Positions 18,727-28,160 of a DNA stretch of 64,000 bases are shown here, in pieces. The DNA is from Candidatus Aminicenantes bacterium (GTDB lineage: Bacteria; Acidobacteriota; Aminicenantia; Aminicenantales; Saccharicenantaceae): NCBI GenBank assembly GCA_963743205.1, contig CAVUOW010000004.1, forward strand, positions 530,908-594,907. The letters run 5' to 3'. A program made the position numbers and the translations under genes. The notes below the pieces were generated by a model. The model was not told where the DNA came from. It ran no database searches and saw nothing but the letters and a program-made list of their open reading frames with translations. Positions within the stretch are counted from its first letter, which is position 1. The number at the start of each line of letters is the position of its first letter.

Positions 18727-18890
18727 GTTGTCCTCCATTCCGGTCCGGCAGGGTCTTCGTCCTTTGCCGGCACATGATTGCCGCGTTATCTTATCAGGGT
18801 TTCCGCAAAAAAGCCATCGTCTTGGGAGAGGTCCGCCGCCTTGGGGACTCCCCTCTTGTGCTCCGGCCACTCGTGGGCAGAAGCGGGCGT

Positions 18891-20699
18891 CTATCTCTCC
18901 GCCGTGAGCCAGGCGATGACGTACATCAGCTTGGAGACCTTCTCCATCAGCTCTCCGCTGACCTTGTCGACGCTGTCGCTCGTCTGGTGAAGGTTCTCGG
19001 TGACGGCCGTGAACGGCCAGACCCAGGGGACCTTAGCTTCGTGAAATGACGTGTGGTCGGAGTCGCCGAAGCCCACGTCCGTCCGCTTGGTCTCACGGAC
19101 ATAGACGTCGAGCCCGACATACTGGTTCGCCGCCCGTATCGTCTCTCCGAAGGCCGCCCCGTCCGGGAAAGAGACCGGCACGAAATTGGCGACCTTGATC
19201 CTCTTGATGAAATCCGGATCATAGGGGAAATTCATCATGCGTCCGGCGAAAGCGATCGACTTTTCGTCATAGGGCCGGCTCATCATATCGAAGTTGAGAT
19301 AGGCCACGATCTTGGCCTTCAGGAGCTGGGGAGGGTTGTTCACGAAGTATTTGGAACCCAACAGGCCCTCCTCTTCTCCGCACCACAGGCAAAAGACCAG
19401 CGTCCGCTTGGGCTTCTGGGGATTGGCGGCGAAGGCCCGGGCCAGGTTCAGCACGCCCACGGAGCCCGAGCCGTTGTCGTCGGCCCCGTTGTAGATGTAG
19501 TCCTCCCATCGGCCCGTGTGGTCGAGATGGGCCCCGATGACCACCGCCTCGTTCTTGAGCGCGGGGTCCGAACCCTCGAGGACGCCGACGACGTTGATGC
19601 CGCGGATCGTCGTCGTCTTCAGAGTCGAGGTCATCGTGATGAAAGCGCCCGGGATCTCGAGGGACGCGGATTTCTTCGAAGCCTCGATCTTCTTCTTGAT
19701 GTCCTCGAGCTTCATCCCGGCGGCCTCGAGGATCCGGTCGGCCGTATCCGGGACGATGGTTACGACCGCCGCGCGCGACCACGGCGTCTTTTCGATCTCG
19801 CCAGGGAGACTGACGCGGTGGTAAGGCTTGTGGATGATCGGGCTCTCGTCATTGACGCTCTTCGGAGGCATCGACGAGCGCCACCGGTCGATTTCGCGTC
19901 CGACGCTTCGGATGACAAGAACGGCCGCCGCGCCGCGCTTGTGAAGCTCCTCGATCCTGTCGACCCGCTTTTCGGCCGGCCCGGACGCCGACGCAGCCAT
20001 CTGCGACATGCCCGGCATCGGATACCTGGCCTTGACCTCTTTCGATAGAAAATCAGGAACGCCCGCGATAAGCATGACGATCTTGCCCTTGACGTCGATG
20101 CCTTTGAATTCGTCGAACCCGGATCCCTTCTCGCTGATCCCATAGCCGACGAAAGCGACCGGTCCGCTCAGGGTGTCGCCCAAGGACGCCAAGCCCTGGT
20201 AATCGATAGCGGGCCGGAACGTGTGCGTCCGGACGGATCCGCCCTGCCTGACTTCGAGGCTGAGGGCGTTTGTCGTTTCGGTCGTCTCCACGAGGGGGAA
20301 CTCTTGAAAATAGGTGTTCTCGAGCGGCTTTTGCGGCGCCTGGGATCCGCCCAGCATCTGGGCCATGCCGAATGACCGCATGGGCATGTCGCCGACAGGC
20401 TTGAGCTTGGCCAGCCCGAGCAGCGACGCGGCGTATTCGGCAGCCGTTTGGAAACCCCGGGTGCCCGTTTCCCGGCCTTCCATGAGATCGGAGGCGATGA
20501 ACGTGAGCATCGTCAGCGAATCTTTGGCTGAGATCGTGTCGAACCCGGCCTTAAAGGCTTCGGGTACGGGGGCGGTCTTCTCGACGAGGTCGAGGTTCTT
20601 GGCCCTATCGTCAGGCTTGGCGGCGGGCGCCGGGGCCTGGGCTGAAACGCCAAGGCACAATAGGATCGCGATCAAAACGACGAGGGCGGATTTTTTCAT
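18891..20699 (-). CDS. M28-family zinc aminopeptidase with PA domain, secreted
   Basis: Start MKKSALVVLIAILLCLGVSAQA (GGAGG RBS). M28 metal-binding motifs HLDHTG...GADDNGSG...GEEEGLLGS...NFDM. Confidence 0.8.
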   Translation of the reverse strand: MKKSALVVLIAILLCLGVSAQAPAPAAKPDDRAKNLDLVEKTAPVPEAFKAGFDTISAKDSLTMLTFIASDLMEGRETGTRGFQTAAEYAASLLGLAKLKPVGDMPMRSFGMAQMLGGSQAPQKPLENTYFQEFPLVETTETTNALSLEVRQGGSVRTHTFRPAIDYQGLASLGDTLSGPVAFVGYGISEKGSGFDEFKGIDVKGKIVMLIAGVPDFLSKEVKARYPMPGMSQMAASASGPAEKRVDRIEELHKRGAAAVLVIRSVGREIDRWRSSMPPKSVNDESPIIHKPYHRVSLPGEIEKTPWSRAAVVTIVPDTADRILEAAGMKLEDIKKKIEASKKSASLEIPGAFITMTSTLKTTTIRGINVVGVLEGSDPALKNEAVVIGAHLDHTGRWEDYIYNGADDNGSGSVGVLNLARAFAANPQKPKRTLVFCLWCGEEEGLLGSKYFVNNPPQLLKAKIVAYLNFDMMSRPYDEKSIAFAGRMMNFPYDPDFIKRIKVANFVPVSFPDGAAFGETIRAANQYVGLDVYVRETKRTDVGFGDSDHTSFHEAKVPWVWPFTAVTENLHQTSDSVDKVSGELMEKVSKLMYVIAWLTAER

Positions 20700-20869
20700 C
20701 TGGACGACCTCCTGACGACAGAAAGGCAGATAGCTTCCAGGTACATATCGACACATTATACATGGAAACGAAAGCTAGCCCGGGTGGTTCCCCGGCCTCC
20801 CCTATATCTCCCCCCTGGGGGTTAAGTCAGGGGACGAAATCTCCCCCTTCGCATAGTCGGATAAGACGA

Positions 20870-20898
20870 TTGACCGGTTCCTGATGTCTTGCGAGAAT
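20870..20898 (+). promoter_or_regulatory. Putative sigma70-like promoter for the PilZ gene
   Basis: TTGACC - 17 nt - GAGAAT located 27 nt upstream of the ATG at 20925. Confidence 0.35.
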
Positions 20899-20924
20899 AT
20901 TCCTATATCTCGTTGAGAACCGAA

Positions 20925-21293
20925 ATGGATAAGCGGAAGGACAAAAGGTTTGCGGAACTGGACGATGTTAAAATAAAGGATAATCACCGGTCTCTCGATA
21001 CGGCTGCCGACGGTTGGATCAGTGCCTATAGCAGCAATATTTCCGTTTCCGGGGCCCGAATTAGCTGCAAGGTCGATTTCCCCGTCGGCTACATCATCGG
21101 GATCATCGTCGACCTCAAAAGAGCCAATCGGTCCGTCCGCGTGGACGGAAAGGTCATCTGGACCCAATTGAATAGAAATGGCTCCCACTTCCACATCGGG
21201 GTGGAATTCCTGCATAAATTTCCCGATACGGCTCTTTTGCTGATCAGACATCTCTACGGCAGAAAAGAGGAAATTCCTTCCTCCGTTCTCTGA
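20925..21293 (+). CDS. PilZ-domain protein (c-di-GMP receptor candidate)
   Basis: RxxxR motif (KRKDKRF) and D/NxSxxG motif (NISVSGARI) with the PilZ beta-barrel pattern. Low-GC (~48%) coding sequence. Confidence 0.65.
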   Translation: MDKRKDKRFAELDDVKIKDNHRSLDTAADGWISAYSSNISVSGARISCKVDFPVGYIIGIIVDLKRANRSVRVDGKVIWTQLNRNGSHFHIGVEFLHKFPDTALLLIRHLYGRKEEIPSSVL

Positions 21294-21315
21294 GCCCCTG
21301 GCCTCATTCCCAAAA

Positions 21316-21362
21316 TTGACACAACCTTGACAACTTCCCTTTGGGCCGGGCATACATTCGTA
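21316..21362 (+). promoter_or_regulatory. Promoter/regulatory module copy 1: direct repeat TTGACAcaaccTTGACA plus conserved 13-mer GCATACATTCGTA
   Basis: Near-identical to the module at 22032..22119. Two TTGACA hexamers 11 bp apart (one helical turn), upstream of the gene at 21449. Confidence 0.5.
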
Positions 21363-21448
21363 GGCTAAGAGGAAGGCCCATAAGGCCGCGAAGTCTACTG
21401 GCTTGACTTCCCTCGCGGTGGCCTGCTAATGCTAAGAGGGGGTAAAAA

Positions 21449-21991
21449 ATGAAACCGAAGGTCCTGATAGCGGTCTGCGTCTCTTCCCTCATCCTGTCGA
21501 TGCTGGCGGCCCCGGCCTTCGCCCACGGCGGGCTCTTTGACGGCCAGAGGAAAGGCTTCATCCTGGGAGGCGGCCTCGGAGGCAGCTATCTCTCCTGGAA
21601 ATACGGCGATATAGACTGGACGGGCACAGCCAACTTCAAGGTCGGTTACGCTCCTTCGAACAGCTTCGAGGTCTATTGGGCGACTATCGTCTCCTATACC
21701 GCCTTCGACAGCGATGATTATGCCAGCGGCGCCAATTGTGTCGCCGTGACGAAGTACCTAAAACCGGAAGGAAGAGGCCTCTTTTTCTGCGGCGGGGTCG
21801 GATTGGCTTACAATCAAAATCTGGACAGGATGGCGCCGAACTATCAGTCCTACTCCGGCGTCGGCGGTTTCGCCGGCCTTGGGTATGACTTCGCCAAGCA
21901 TTTCGACATCCAAGCGGACATCCTCTATTCGGGCGCGGATTGGACGCCCAGATGGGCATTCAGGGTGACCCTAAACGTTCTGGCCTTCTGA
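21449..21991 (+). CDS. Small secreted outer-membrane beta-barrel-like protein (8-strand OmpW/OmpA-like candidate)
   Basis: GAGGGGG RBS, signal peptide ending AFAHG, Gly/aromatic-rich alternating strands, C-terminal Phe (…TLNVLAF). Low-GC island gene. Confidence 0.5.
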   Translation: MKPKVLIAVCVSSLILSMLAAPAFAHGGLFDGQRKGFILGGGLGGSYLSWKYGDIDWTGTANFKVGYAPSNSFEVYWATIVSYTAFDSDDYASGANCVAVTKYLKPEGRGLFFCGGVGLAYNQNLDRMAPNYQSYSGVGGFAGLGYDFAKHFDIQADILYSGADWTPRWAFRVTLNVLAF

Positions 21992-22031
21992 CGATTGGCC
22001 AGCGGGGCCTCCCGTGGCCTCATCTTTAGAA

Positions 22032-22119
22032 TTGACATAACCTTGACAACTTTCCGAACGGCGTGAGCTAATATTAGGTCGAAGGGAGGACAACCCTTTT
22101 GGCCGCGCATACATTCGTA
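22032..22119 (+). promoter_or_regulatory. Promoter/regulatory module copy 2: TTGACAtaaccTTGACA ... GCATACATTCGTA
   Basis: Same direct-repeat and 13-mer as copy 1, with a ~41-nt insertion between them, immediately upstream of the gene at 22138. Confidence 0.5.
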
Positions 22120-22137
22120 AGCGAAGGCGAGGCACCC

Positions 22138-22719
22138 ATGCGCAGAAAGAACGTAGCCCGGCTTCTCTTTCTGGCACTCGCAAGCGTCCTGCTTGCTCCC
22201 CGCTGCGCGACCTTGACCCGGAAATACACGCAGAGAATCCCCGTAACCTCTTCTCCCGTGGGGGCCGCGGTCATCGTCAACGGGATTGAGCAAGGCGTGA
22301 CCCCACTCGTGCTCAAGCTGGACAGGATTCTGAAAGGCCCGATCATTCGGATAGAAGCCCCAGGATATAATCCCGTCGAGATCCGGCCGCGACGAAGGAT
22401 CTCGGCAGACTCGATCCTCGGCAGCTTCCTCCTCGGATTGGTGCCCGGAATTGTGCCGGCCCTGCTCTTGTTGGGATCAGACCATGCTAAATCCGACCCG
22501 ACTGATGAACCTGCAATTCTCTCGGCCTATTTTAAGAGCGCTGCGGTTCTCGGGGGACTCTTTGCGCTGACAGATATCGGCGGCAGAGGATACACATTGA
22601 CGCCGAAAAACCTCACGGTGACGCTGACGAGGGCCGATGGGACGCCTCGAGTCGAGGCGATGCTCGTCGATGCCGACGACTTCCGGAACATCAAGTGGAT
22701 CCGCGTTCACCGAGACTGA
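22138..22719 (+). CDS. PEGA-domain lipoprotein/secreted protein
   Basis: Signal peptide MRRKNVARLLFLALASVLLAPRC. PEGA-like segment (SSPVGAAVIVNGIEQGVTPLVLKLD...IRIEAPGYNPVEI), then a hydrophobic stretch. Confidence 0.5.
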   Translation: MRRKNVARLLFLALASVLLAPRCATLTRKYTQRIPVTSSPVGAAVIVNGIEQGVTPLVLKLDRILKGPIIRIEAPGYNPVEIRPRRRISADSILGSFLLGLVPGIVPALLLLGSDHAKSDPTDEPAILSAYFKSAAVLGGLFALTDIGGRGYTLTPKNLTVTLTRADGTPRVEAMLVDADDFRNIKWIRVHRD

Positions 22720-22787
22720 GCGCCGGCAATCGACTGTCCGCTCTTGCGTCCTCCTTCAGAACCGCTTCATAATGGCGAAGTCGTCGG

Positions 22788-23660
22788 CTAGATCATCTGC
22801 CCGGTCATGAAGTCGAATTCTTCGCAGAGTATGAATTCTTCCTGGACGGCGTCAAATACGGAAACCGTCCTGCCCCGGCCTATGATAACGGCGCTTACGC
22901 AAACAAGATAGCGATCTGATACGGGAAAGAAGGCGAGGACCCATCTTTTGTAGGCTTTGTGCGGAAAGAAGTACTTTTGCCCTTCAAGCGTTTCGATATA
23001 GTTCGGCCGACCGCTAAAATCTGTGCCAAAATAGAGACGATCGTCTAGGCCGGCAATAGCCGTATATCCGGCTAATCGCTTCCGCATTCTCCGGACAAAG
23101 ACAATATTTCCTTCGATCAACTCCCAAAGATCCAAGAATTTCGCCGAATCCCCGGTCGTCACCAGGATCTTTCTGGAATTTCGACATCCGTGCAGAGCAT
23201 GGATATGGAAGACATGGGAGTCATGCGCATAATGATCGTTGATCATACAGGCCTTCTGGGTGATCAGAGCAATCCGCGAGCCTTTAGATTCGTTGCCATA
23301 CTCGCCGATGATCAAGAGGTCGTTGCGACAGACAATGCTATTTCTTCTTGCGCCGGCAAAATCCTGTGGCAAAGACGCGGCCAGGAAATCCTGTCGGTAA
23401 GTATGGATCAACTGTTCCCGAGACAAATATGGCCCGTCGAGGGTCCTGTGCAGGGTCAATTCGCCAATGATCTGGCGCAATTTGTCATGGTCACAATGCT
23501 TAACACAAGAAGGATTATGAAAGATGCTGCAATAGATCCCGTAAACGGATTCGATGACCCGACTCTGCTGAGATATTTGGACAGCTGCCCGCGCAAGATA
23601 GCGAATCTTCTTCGTATTCCTGAACCGGGTGATGTTTTCGCTGATGCTGTCGTTGTCCAT
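22788..23660 (-). CDS. Hypothetical protein (His-rich motif HYAHDSHVFHIHALHG), low-GC island gene
   Basis: Long reverse ORF. ATG at complement 23658-23660 (MDNDSISENIT...) favoured, because the 60-codon TTG extension to 23846 is in high-GC flanking DNA and looks non-coding. No family recognised. Confidence 0.45.
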   Translation of the reverse strand: MDNDSISENITRFRNTKKIRYLARAAVQISQQSRVIESVYGIYCSIFHNPSCVKHCDHDKLRQIIGELTLHRTLDGPYLSREQLIHTYRQDFLAASLPQDFAGARRNSIVCRNDLLIIGEYGNESKGSRIALITQKACMINDHYAHDSHVFHIHALHGCRNSRKILVTTGDSAKFLDLWELIEGNIVFVRRMRKRLAGYTAIAGLDDRLYFGTDFSGRPNYIETLEGQKYFFPHKAYKRWVLAFFPVSDRYLVCVSAVIIGRGRTVSVFDAVQEEFILCEEFDFMTGQMI

Positions 23661-23872
23661 CTGGAGCACGCTCTCGAGGCGGGCCTCAATACGTGTCGGG
23701 GGAGAGAATTGACGTGAACATGATCCCCTTTCGGAACGGCGACCCGTCAGTGACAGGTCGCGCCAAGAAAAACCCCCTGCGATCAGTGCGGAGATTCTTC
23801 GCTTGTCCCCGTCCCCCATGTCCCTAATAATTTTAGTGTATAGCAACGAATATACAGGGGTGGAAAAGAGAG

Positions 23873-23946
23873 CGCGCCCGGGGTGACTCGAACACCCGAC
23901 CTGCTGATTCGTAGTCAGACGCTCTATCCAACTGAGCTACGGGCGC
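23873..23946 (-). tRNA. tRNA-Arg (anticodon ACG)
   Basis: Reverse strand folds as a cloverleaf: acceptor GCGCCCG/CGGGCGC, D-arm GCTC-AGTTGGATA-GAGC, anticodon stem TCTGA/TCAGC with loop CTACGAA (ACG), variable loop AGGTC, T-arm GGGTG-TTCGAGT-CACCC, discriminator G. CCA not encoded. Confidence 0.85.
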
Positions 23947-24038
23947 GCAGGGCGGAAAAGCGGGGATAATATAGCGTAAATGGGGCGGGTTTGCAACGGA
24001 GAGAGCACACCCGGAAGATCACAGGACACAATCCCTTT

Positions 24039-25073
24039 TCAAGAGAAAAGGGTTATGTCCCGATTTTCCGTGTCCCCAATTTTCAGGACGGCGGCGCCGT
24101 CGATGCGCCCGGCTTTGAGCTCGCGGAGGGCATCGTTCGCCGCTTCGAGCGGGAACGTCTGGACGGTCGTCCTCACCGGGATCTCCGCCGCGACCTCGAG
24201 CAGCCCCTCCCCGTCGAGACGAGTGGCGTTAGCCACGCTCCGCATCTTCCGCTCGTGATAGAGATACCTGTCGTAGTCCATTTCCGGGACGGGCGACATG
24301 TGGATCCCGGCCGAAACCACCGTCCCTCCCCTGTCCATGACCCTGAGGGCGTCAAGGTAGAGGCTGCCGACCGGGGCAAAGAGGATGGCGTTGGTCGTCT
24401 TGGCCGGCGGCTCCTCCTGAGAGGTGCCGACCCAATCGGCGCCAAGCTCGCGCGCGAGCTGTTGGTGCTTGGCGCTTCTCGTGACCACGAAGACCGTGGC
24501 GCCCAGATGCTTGGCGACCTGAATGGCGATGTGGGCTGATCCGCCGAAGCCGTAGAGACCCAGGATGTCTCCCGGCCGGACCTCGCTGAGCACGAGCGCC
24601 CGGTAGCCCACGATCCCGGCGCACATGAGCGGCGCGGCCTCCGCATCGCCGAACCTGTCTGGGATGGCGTAGGCGAATTTCTCGCCGACGACCATGTATT
24701 CGGCGTAGCCGCCGTCGGCATGATATCCGTTGAACCGCGCCGATTCGCACAGGTTCTCCCGGCCGCTCAGGCAGAAACGGCACTTCCCGCAAGTCGACCG
24801 GAGCCAGGCCGCTCCGACTCGCTGGCCCGGCCTGAACCTCCCGGCATTCTCTCCCGCCCCGGCCACGACCCCGATCACTTCATGGCCGGGGATGAGGGGC
24901 AGTCGCGCGTCCGGGAGCTCCTTTTCGACGATGTGGAGGTCCGTGTGGCAGACGCCGCAGCACCGGATCTTGATGAGTATGTCCTCCGGCCCGACCACCG
25001 GGACAGGCACGTCCCGCAGCTCCAGCGGTTTCTCGGCCGGAGGCCGAAAGCCGGTCAGGACCATGGCCTTCAT
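24039..25073 (-). CDS. Zinc-dependent alcohol dehydrogenase (MDR superfamily)
   Basis: GHEVIGVV zinc-ligand motif, structural-Zn Cys cluster CGKCRFCLSGRENLC, Rossmann GFGGSAH. Confidence 0.85.
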   Translation of the reverse strand: MKAMVLTGFRPPAEKPLELRDVPVPVVGPEDILIKIRCCGVCHTDLHIVEKELPDARLPLIPGHEVIGVVAGAGENAGRFRPGQRVGAAWLRSTCGKCRFCLSGRENLCESARFNGYHADGGYAEYMVVGEKFAYAIPDRFGDAEAAPLMCAGIVGYRALVLSEVRPGDILGLYGFGGSAHIAIQVAKHLGATVFVVTRSAKHQQLARELGADWVGTSQEEPPAKTTNAILFAPVGSLYLDALRVMDRGGTVVSAGIHMSPVPEMDYDRYLYHERKMRSVANATRLDGEGLLEVAAEIPVRTTVQTFPLEAANDALRELKAGRIDGAAVLKIGDTENRDITLFS

Positions 25074-26401
25074 CGTCCGGCCGGACCTTTCACCTTCGCC
25101 TTCTTGTCCCGGAGGCGGGTGATGCGCTTCTCGAAGTCTCTCTCGGCCATCGGAGATTTGCCCTTCGAAACGGCCAATCCCTCGGTCGCGACCCGGATGG
25201 CCTCATCGAAGTCTTTGGCCGTGTGCTCGAAGTACATCGACAGCTCGCGGAAGCAATCGCAGTCGACCTCCTCCCCGGCCGCCATCTCCTGCCAGAACGG
25301 CAGGGCCCTGTCCCAATTCTTGTTCTTCTTGAAATGATGGGACAGTTTTTTCCGGGCGGCCTGGGACACCTCGGCGCTCAGGCCGGGCCCGCCGGCCAGC
25401 GCCCTCTCGAGAAGGGCGGCCGACGTCGTGGCGTCGCCGGCCCGTTCGAACAGCTTGGCCACCCCGTAGAGGTCCATGGGATCGCCTTCTCCCCTTTCCG
25501 CCGCTCCGCGATTGCGTTCGACGAGGACCGATCCGGCCACGACGACGCCGAGGAGCGACAGCAGGTCCTCCTGGTTATGGTAGAGGATGGGTTCGATGAG
25601 CGAGAAGTCGCCGCTTCGGATGTACTGGAAATAGCGCAGCGGAATCTCCGCGCCCGGGATGTCCTCGGACCGCTCGGCCTGGACGATCTGCTGGGCCAGG
25701 TGGAAGAGCCGGCAACTGTCGTACTTGTGCTTCCAAAGGCTTCGGGCGGAGAACAGGAAATCGAGATGCGGCAGCCCCCGCAGCGGGCAGGTCATCCGGT
25801 GGAGGGCGAATCGCGTTTCGACAAGCGGCAGGTCGAAGGCCTTGCCGTTGTAGGTGACGATCGACTTGAAACCCATGTCTTGGACGAATTGGGCCAGCTC
25901 GCGGACAAGCCGGTCCTCCTCGGCCATTTCGTTGAGGAAGAACTGGGTCACCTTGAACCGCTCGTCGCGGTAATAAGCCAGGCCGACGAGGAAGGGCACG
26001 GTCCCTGTCCCGCCGGCAAGACCCGTCGTCTCGAGGTCCAGGAAAACGGCCGACGAGAGATCGAGCCCCTCGAAGGCGGCATCGCGGCTGAGAAAGCCGA
26101 GGATCTCGGCCGGGATCTGCAGGCCCATCGAGATGGGGATCTGGCCGTAGCTCGCGCCGAGCTGATAGGAGTTCTCGAAGACCTGGACCGGCTCGCGGCG
26201 TTTCTTCTCGACGGGCCGCTCTTCGGTCCGGACAGCCATGCCCCGGCCCTTGTCGGTCAGGGCGATCAGGCGCTCGAGCTTCTCTTTGATGGTCAGGCCG
26301 GAATCTTCGCCGAGCTTCTCCCACGTGGTCTCGACATTACGGGGTCGCGATCGGGCTTCCCGTTCGCGCCGCAGCGCCTTGAGCTTATCTTCGAGTGGCA
26401 T
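25070..26401 (-). CDS. RNase H-like (YprB/COG3359-type predicted exonuclease) domain protein with C-terminal TPR-like repeats
   Basis: VFLDLETTGL motif of RNase H-like 3'-5' exonuclease fold, then helical repeat region. ATGA overlap with the downstream ADH gene. Confidence 0.5.
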   Translation of the reverse strand: MPLEDKLKALRREREARSRPRNVETTWEKLGEDSGLTIKEKLERLIALTDKGRGMAVRTEERPVEKKRREPVQVFENSYQLGASYGQIPISMGLQIPAEILGFLSRDAAFEGLDLSSAVFLDLETTGLAGGTGTVPFLVGLAYYRDERFKVTQFFLNEMAEEDRLVRELAQFVQDMGFKSIVTYNGKAFDLPLVETRFALHRMTCPLRGLPHLDFLFSARSLWKHKYDSCRLFHLAQQIVQAERSEDIPGAEIPLRYFQYIRSGDFSLIEPILYHNQEDLLSLLGVVVAGSVLVERNRGAAERGEGDPMDLYGVAKLFERAGDATTSAALLERALAGGPGLSAEVSQAARKKLSHHFKKNKNWDRALPFWQEMAAGEEVDCDCFRELSMYFEHTAKDFDEAIRVATEGLAVSKGKSPMAERDFEKRITRLRDKKAKVKGPAGR

Positions 26402-26567
26402 GAAACCTCGGTGGGGAAATTCGATTCTCGGTTGTTATTGTAGGGGAAACCGAAGTGGTTTTCAAAGCATGATTGGAAAGATCGGGGACCCGCGCCCGAA
26501 TTCTCGGGACACGATACGAAACAGGAGACTTCATTCATGTCCCGGAATTCGTTGCCCCCGATTTTCC

Positions 26568-26596
26568 TTGAAACCAGCCTCCGTTCCGCATATAAG
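26568..26596 (+). promoter_or_regulatory. Putative sigma70-like promoter of rhaB (TTGAAA-17-TATAAG)
   Basis: Good -35/-10 with 17-nt spacer ending ~20 nt upstream of the rhaB ATG, which implies a very short, SD-less leader. Confidence 0.45.
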
Positions 26597-26616
26597 AATG
26601 GTCTTAGGTTTCTCGC

Positions 26617-28107
26617 ATGCCGCTCACGACCGACGCCGCGCATTACCTGGCCTTTGACCTCGGGGCCGAAAGCGGGCGGGCCGTGCTCGGAACCCTCGAC
26701 GGCCGGAAGCTCACCGTCCATGAGGTGCGCCGTTTCCCCAACACCCCGCTTTCTCTCGCCGGCCATATCCACTGGAACGTTTATGCCCTGTTCGATGAGA
26801 TGAAGGCGGCCATGCGCGAGGCGGCCGCGGCGATCGGCAGCCGGCCGACGAGCCTTGGGGTCGATACCTGGGGCGTCGATTTCGGCCTTCTGGCCAAAGA
26901 CGGGAGCCTCCTCGGCCTTCCGTTCTGCTACCGCGATCACCGGAACACCGGCGCCATGGAGGAATATTTCAAGCTCGTGCCGCGGCCGGCGCTCTACGAG
27001 GCGACGGGCACTCAATTCATGCCCTTCAATACACTCTTCCAGGTCTACGCCATGGTCCGGGAGAGGTCCCCCTTGCTCGACGCCGCGACCGATCTCCTCT
27101 TCATGCCGGACCTGTTCAATTTTTTGCTCACCGGCCGGAAGGCGGCCGAATTGACCATCGCCTCGACCTCTCAGTTCCTCGACCCCCGGACGAAGGCCTG
27201 GATCCCGGGCCTCTTTCAGGCCATGGGGCTGTCGAAAAAGCTTCTCCAGAATATCGTCGAGCCGGGGACCGTCCTGGGTGAGATCGCGGAGGAGATCGCC
27301 GTGGCCACCGGCCTCCGCCACGTCCCCGTCGTGGCGACGGCCAGTCATGACACAGCCGCGGCTGTCGCCGCCGTCCCGGCCGAGGGGCGCAACTGGGCCT
27401 ACATCTCCTCGGGCACCTGGTCGCTCGTGGGTGTCGAAGAAGAGACGCCCGTCATCTCGGAAGGATCGCGCGACGCGAATTTCACCAACGAAGGCGGCGT
27501 CGGCGGGACCATTCGATTCCTCAAGAACGTCTCCGGGCTCTGGCTCGTCCAGGGCTGCCGTAAATCCTGGTCGACGGATGGCCCGGTCACTTATGACGAC
27601 CTGACCCGAGCGGCCGCCGAAGCCCCGGCATTCGCGACGCTCATCGATCCCGACGACCCGGGGTTCCTCAATCCCCCCGACATGCCCGAAGCCATCACCG
27701 ATTACTGCCGCAGGACCGGTCAGAAGCCCCCCGCGACGAAGGGAGCGCTCGTCCGCTCGCTCCTCGAGAGCCTCGCCCTCAAGTATCGCCACGTCATCGG
27801 GCAGATGAGCCTCGTCCTCGGCCATCCCATCGAAAAGATCCACGTCATCGGAGGCGGCTCTCAGAACGCGCTTCTCTGCCAGCTCACGGCGGACGCGACC
27901 GGGCTGCCGATCGTGGCCGGCCCGGCCGAGGCCACGGCCATAGGAAATATCCTTGTCCAGGCCATGGCCCTGGGCCGTGTTTCCTCGCCGGCTGAGATCC
28001 GGGCCATCATCCGCGGCTCTTTCAAGCTTCGGACCTACGTTCCATCCGGGTCCGCCGCGGATTGGGATGCGGCCGCCGCCCGGTTCAAGGCCCTCCGGCC
28101 GGCTTGA
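26617..28107 (+). CDS. rhaB: Rhamnulokinase (FGGY carbohydrate kinase family)
   Basis: FGGY N- and C-terminal domains (AFDLGAESGR..., HVIGGGSQNALLCQ); directly upstream of rhaA. Confidence 0.8.
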   Translation: MPLTTDAAHYLAFDLGAESGRAVLGTLDGRKLTVHEVRRFPNTPLSLAGHIHWNVYALFDEMKAAMREAAAAIGSRPTSLGVDTWGVDFGLLAKDGSLLGLPFCYRDHRNTGAMEEYFKLVPRPALYEATGTQFMPFNTLFQVYAMVRERSPLLDAATDLLFMPDLFNFLLTGRKAAELTIASTSQFLDPRTKAWIPGLFQAMGLSKKLLQNIVEPGTVLGEIAEEIAVATGLRHVPVVATASHDTAAAVAAVPAEGRNWAYISSGTWSLVGVEEETPVISEGSRDANFTNEGGVGGTIRFLKNVSGLWLVQGCRKSWSTDGPVTYDDLTRAAAEAPAFATLIDPDDPGFLNPPDMPEAITDYCRRTGQKPPATKGALVRSLLESLALKYRHVIGQMSLVLGHPIEKIHVIGGGSQNALLCQLTADATGLPIVAGPAEATAIGNILVQAMALGRVSSPAEIRAIIRGSFKLRTYVPSGSAADWDAAAARFKALRPA

Positions 28108-28160
28108 CAGCCCAGGGAAGGAGGCATATATAAATGGCGTTCCTGCGAGGAGGGGTGAGG

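Noticed and set aside
20802-21353. 183-aa ORF on - strand in the island
   Set aside because: Antisense to the PilZ gene with no RBS or domain signal; PilZ motifs on the + strand are convincing.
20757-23872. Integrative element/prophage at tRNA-Arg
   Set aside because: A low-GC island is present, but no integrase, excisionase, phage structural genes or clear att direct repeats were found. Reported as a degraded island only.
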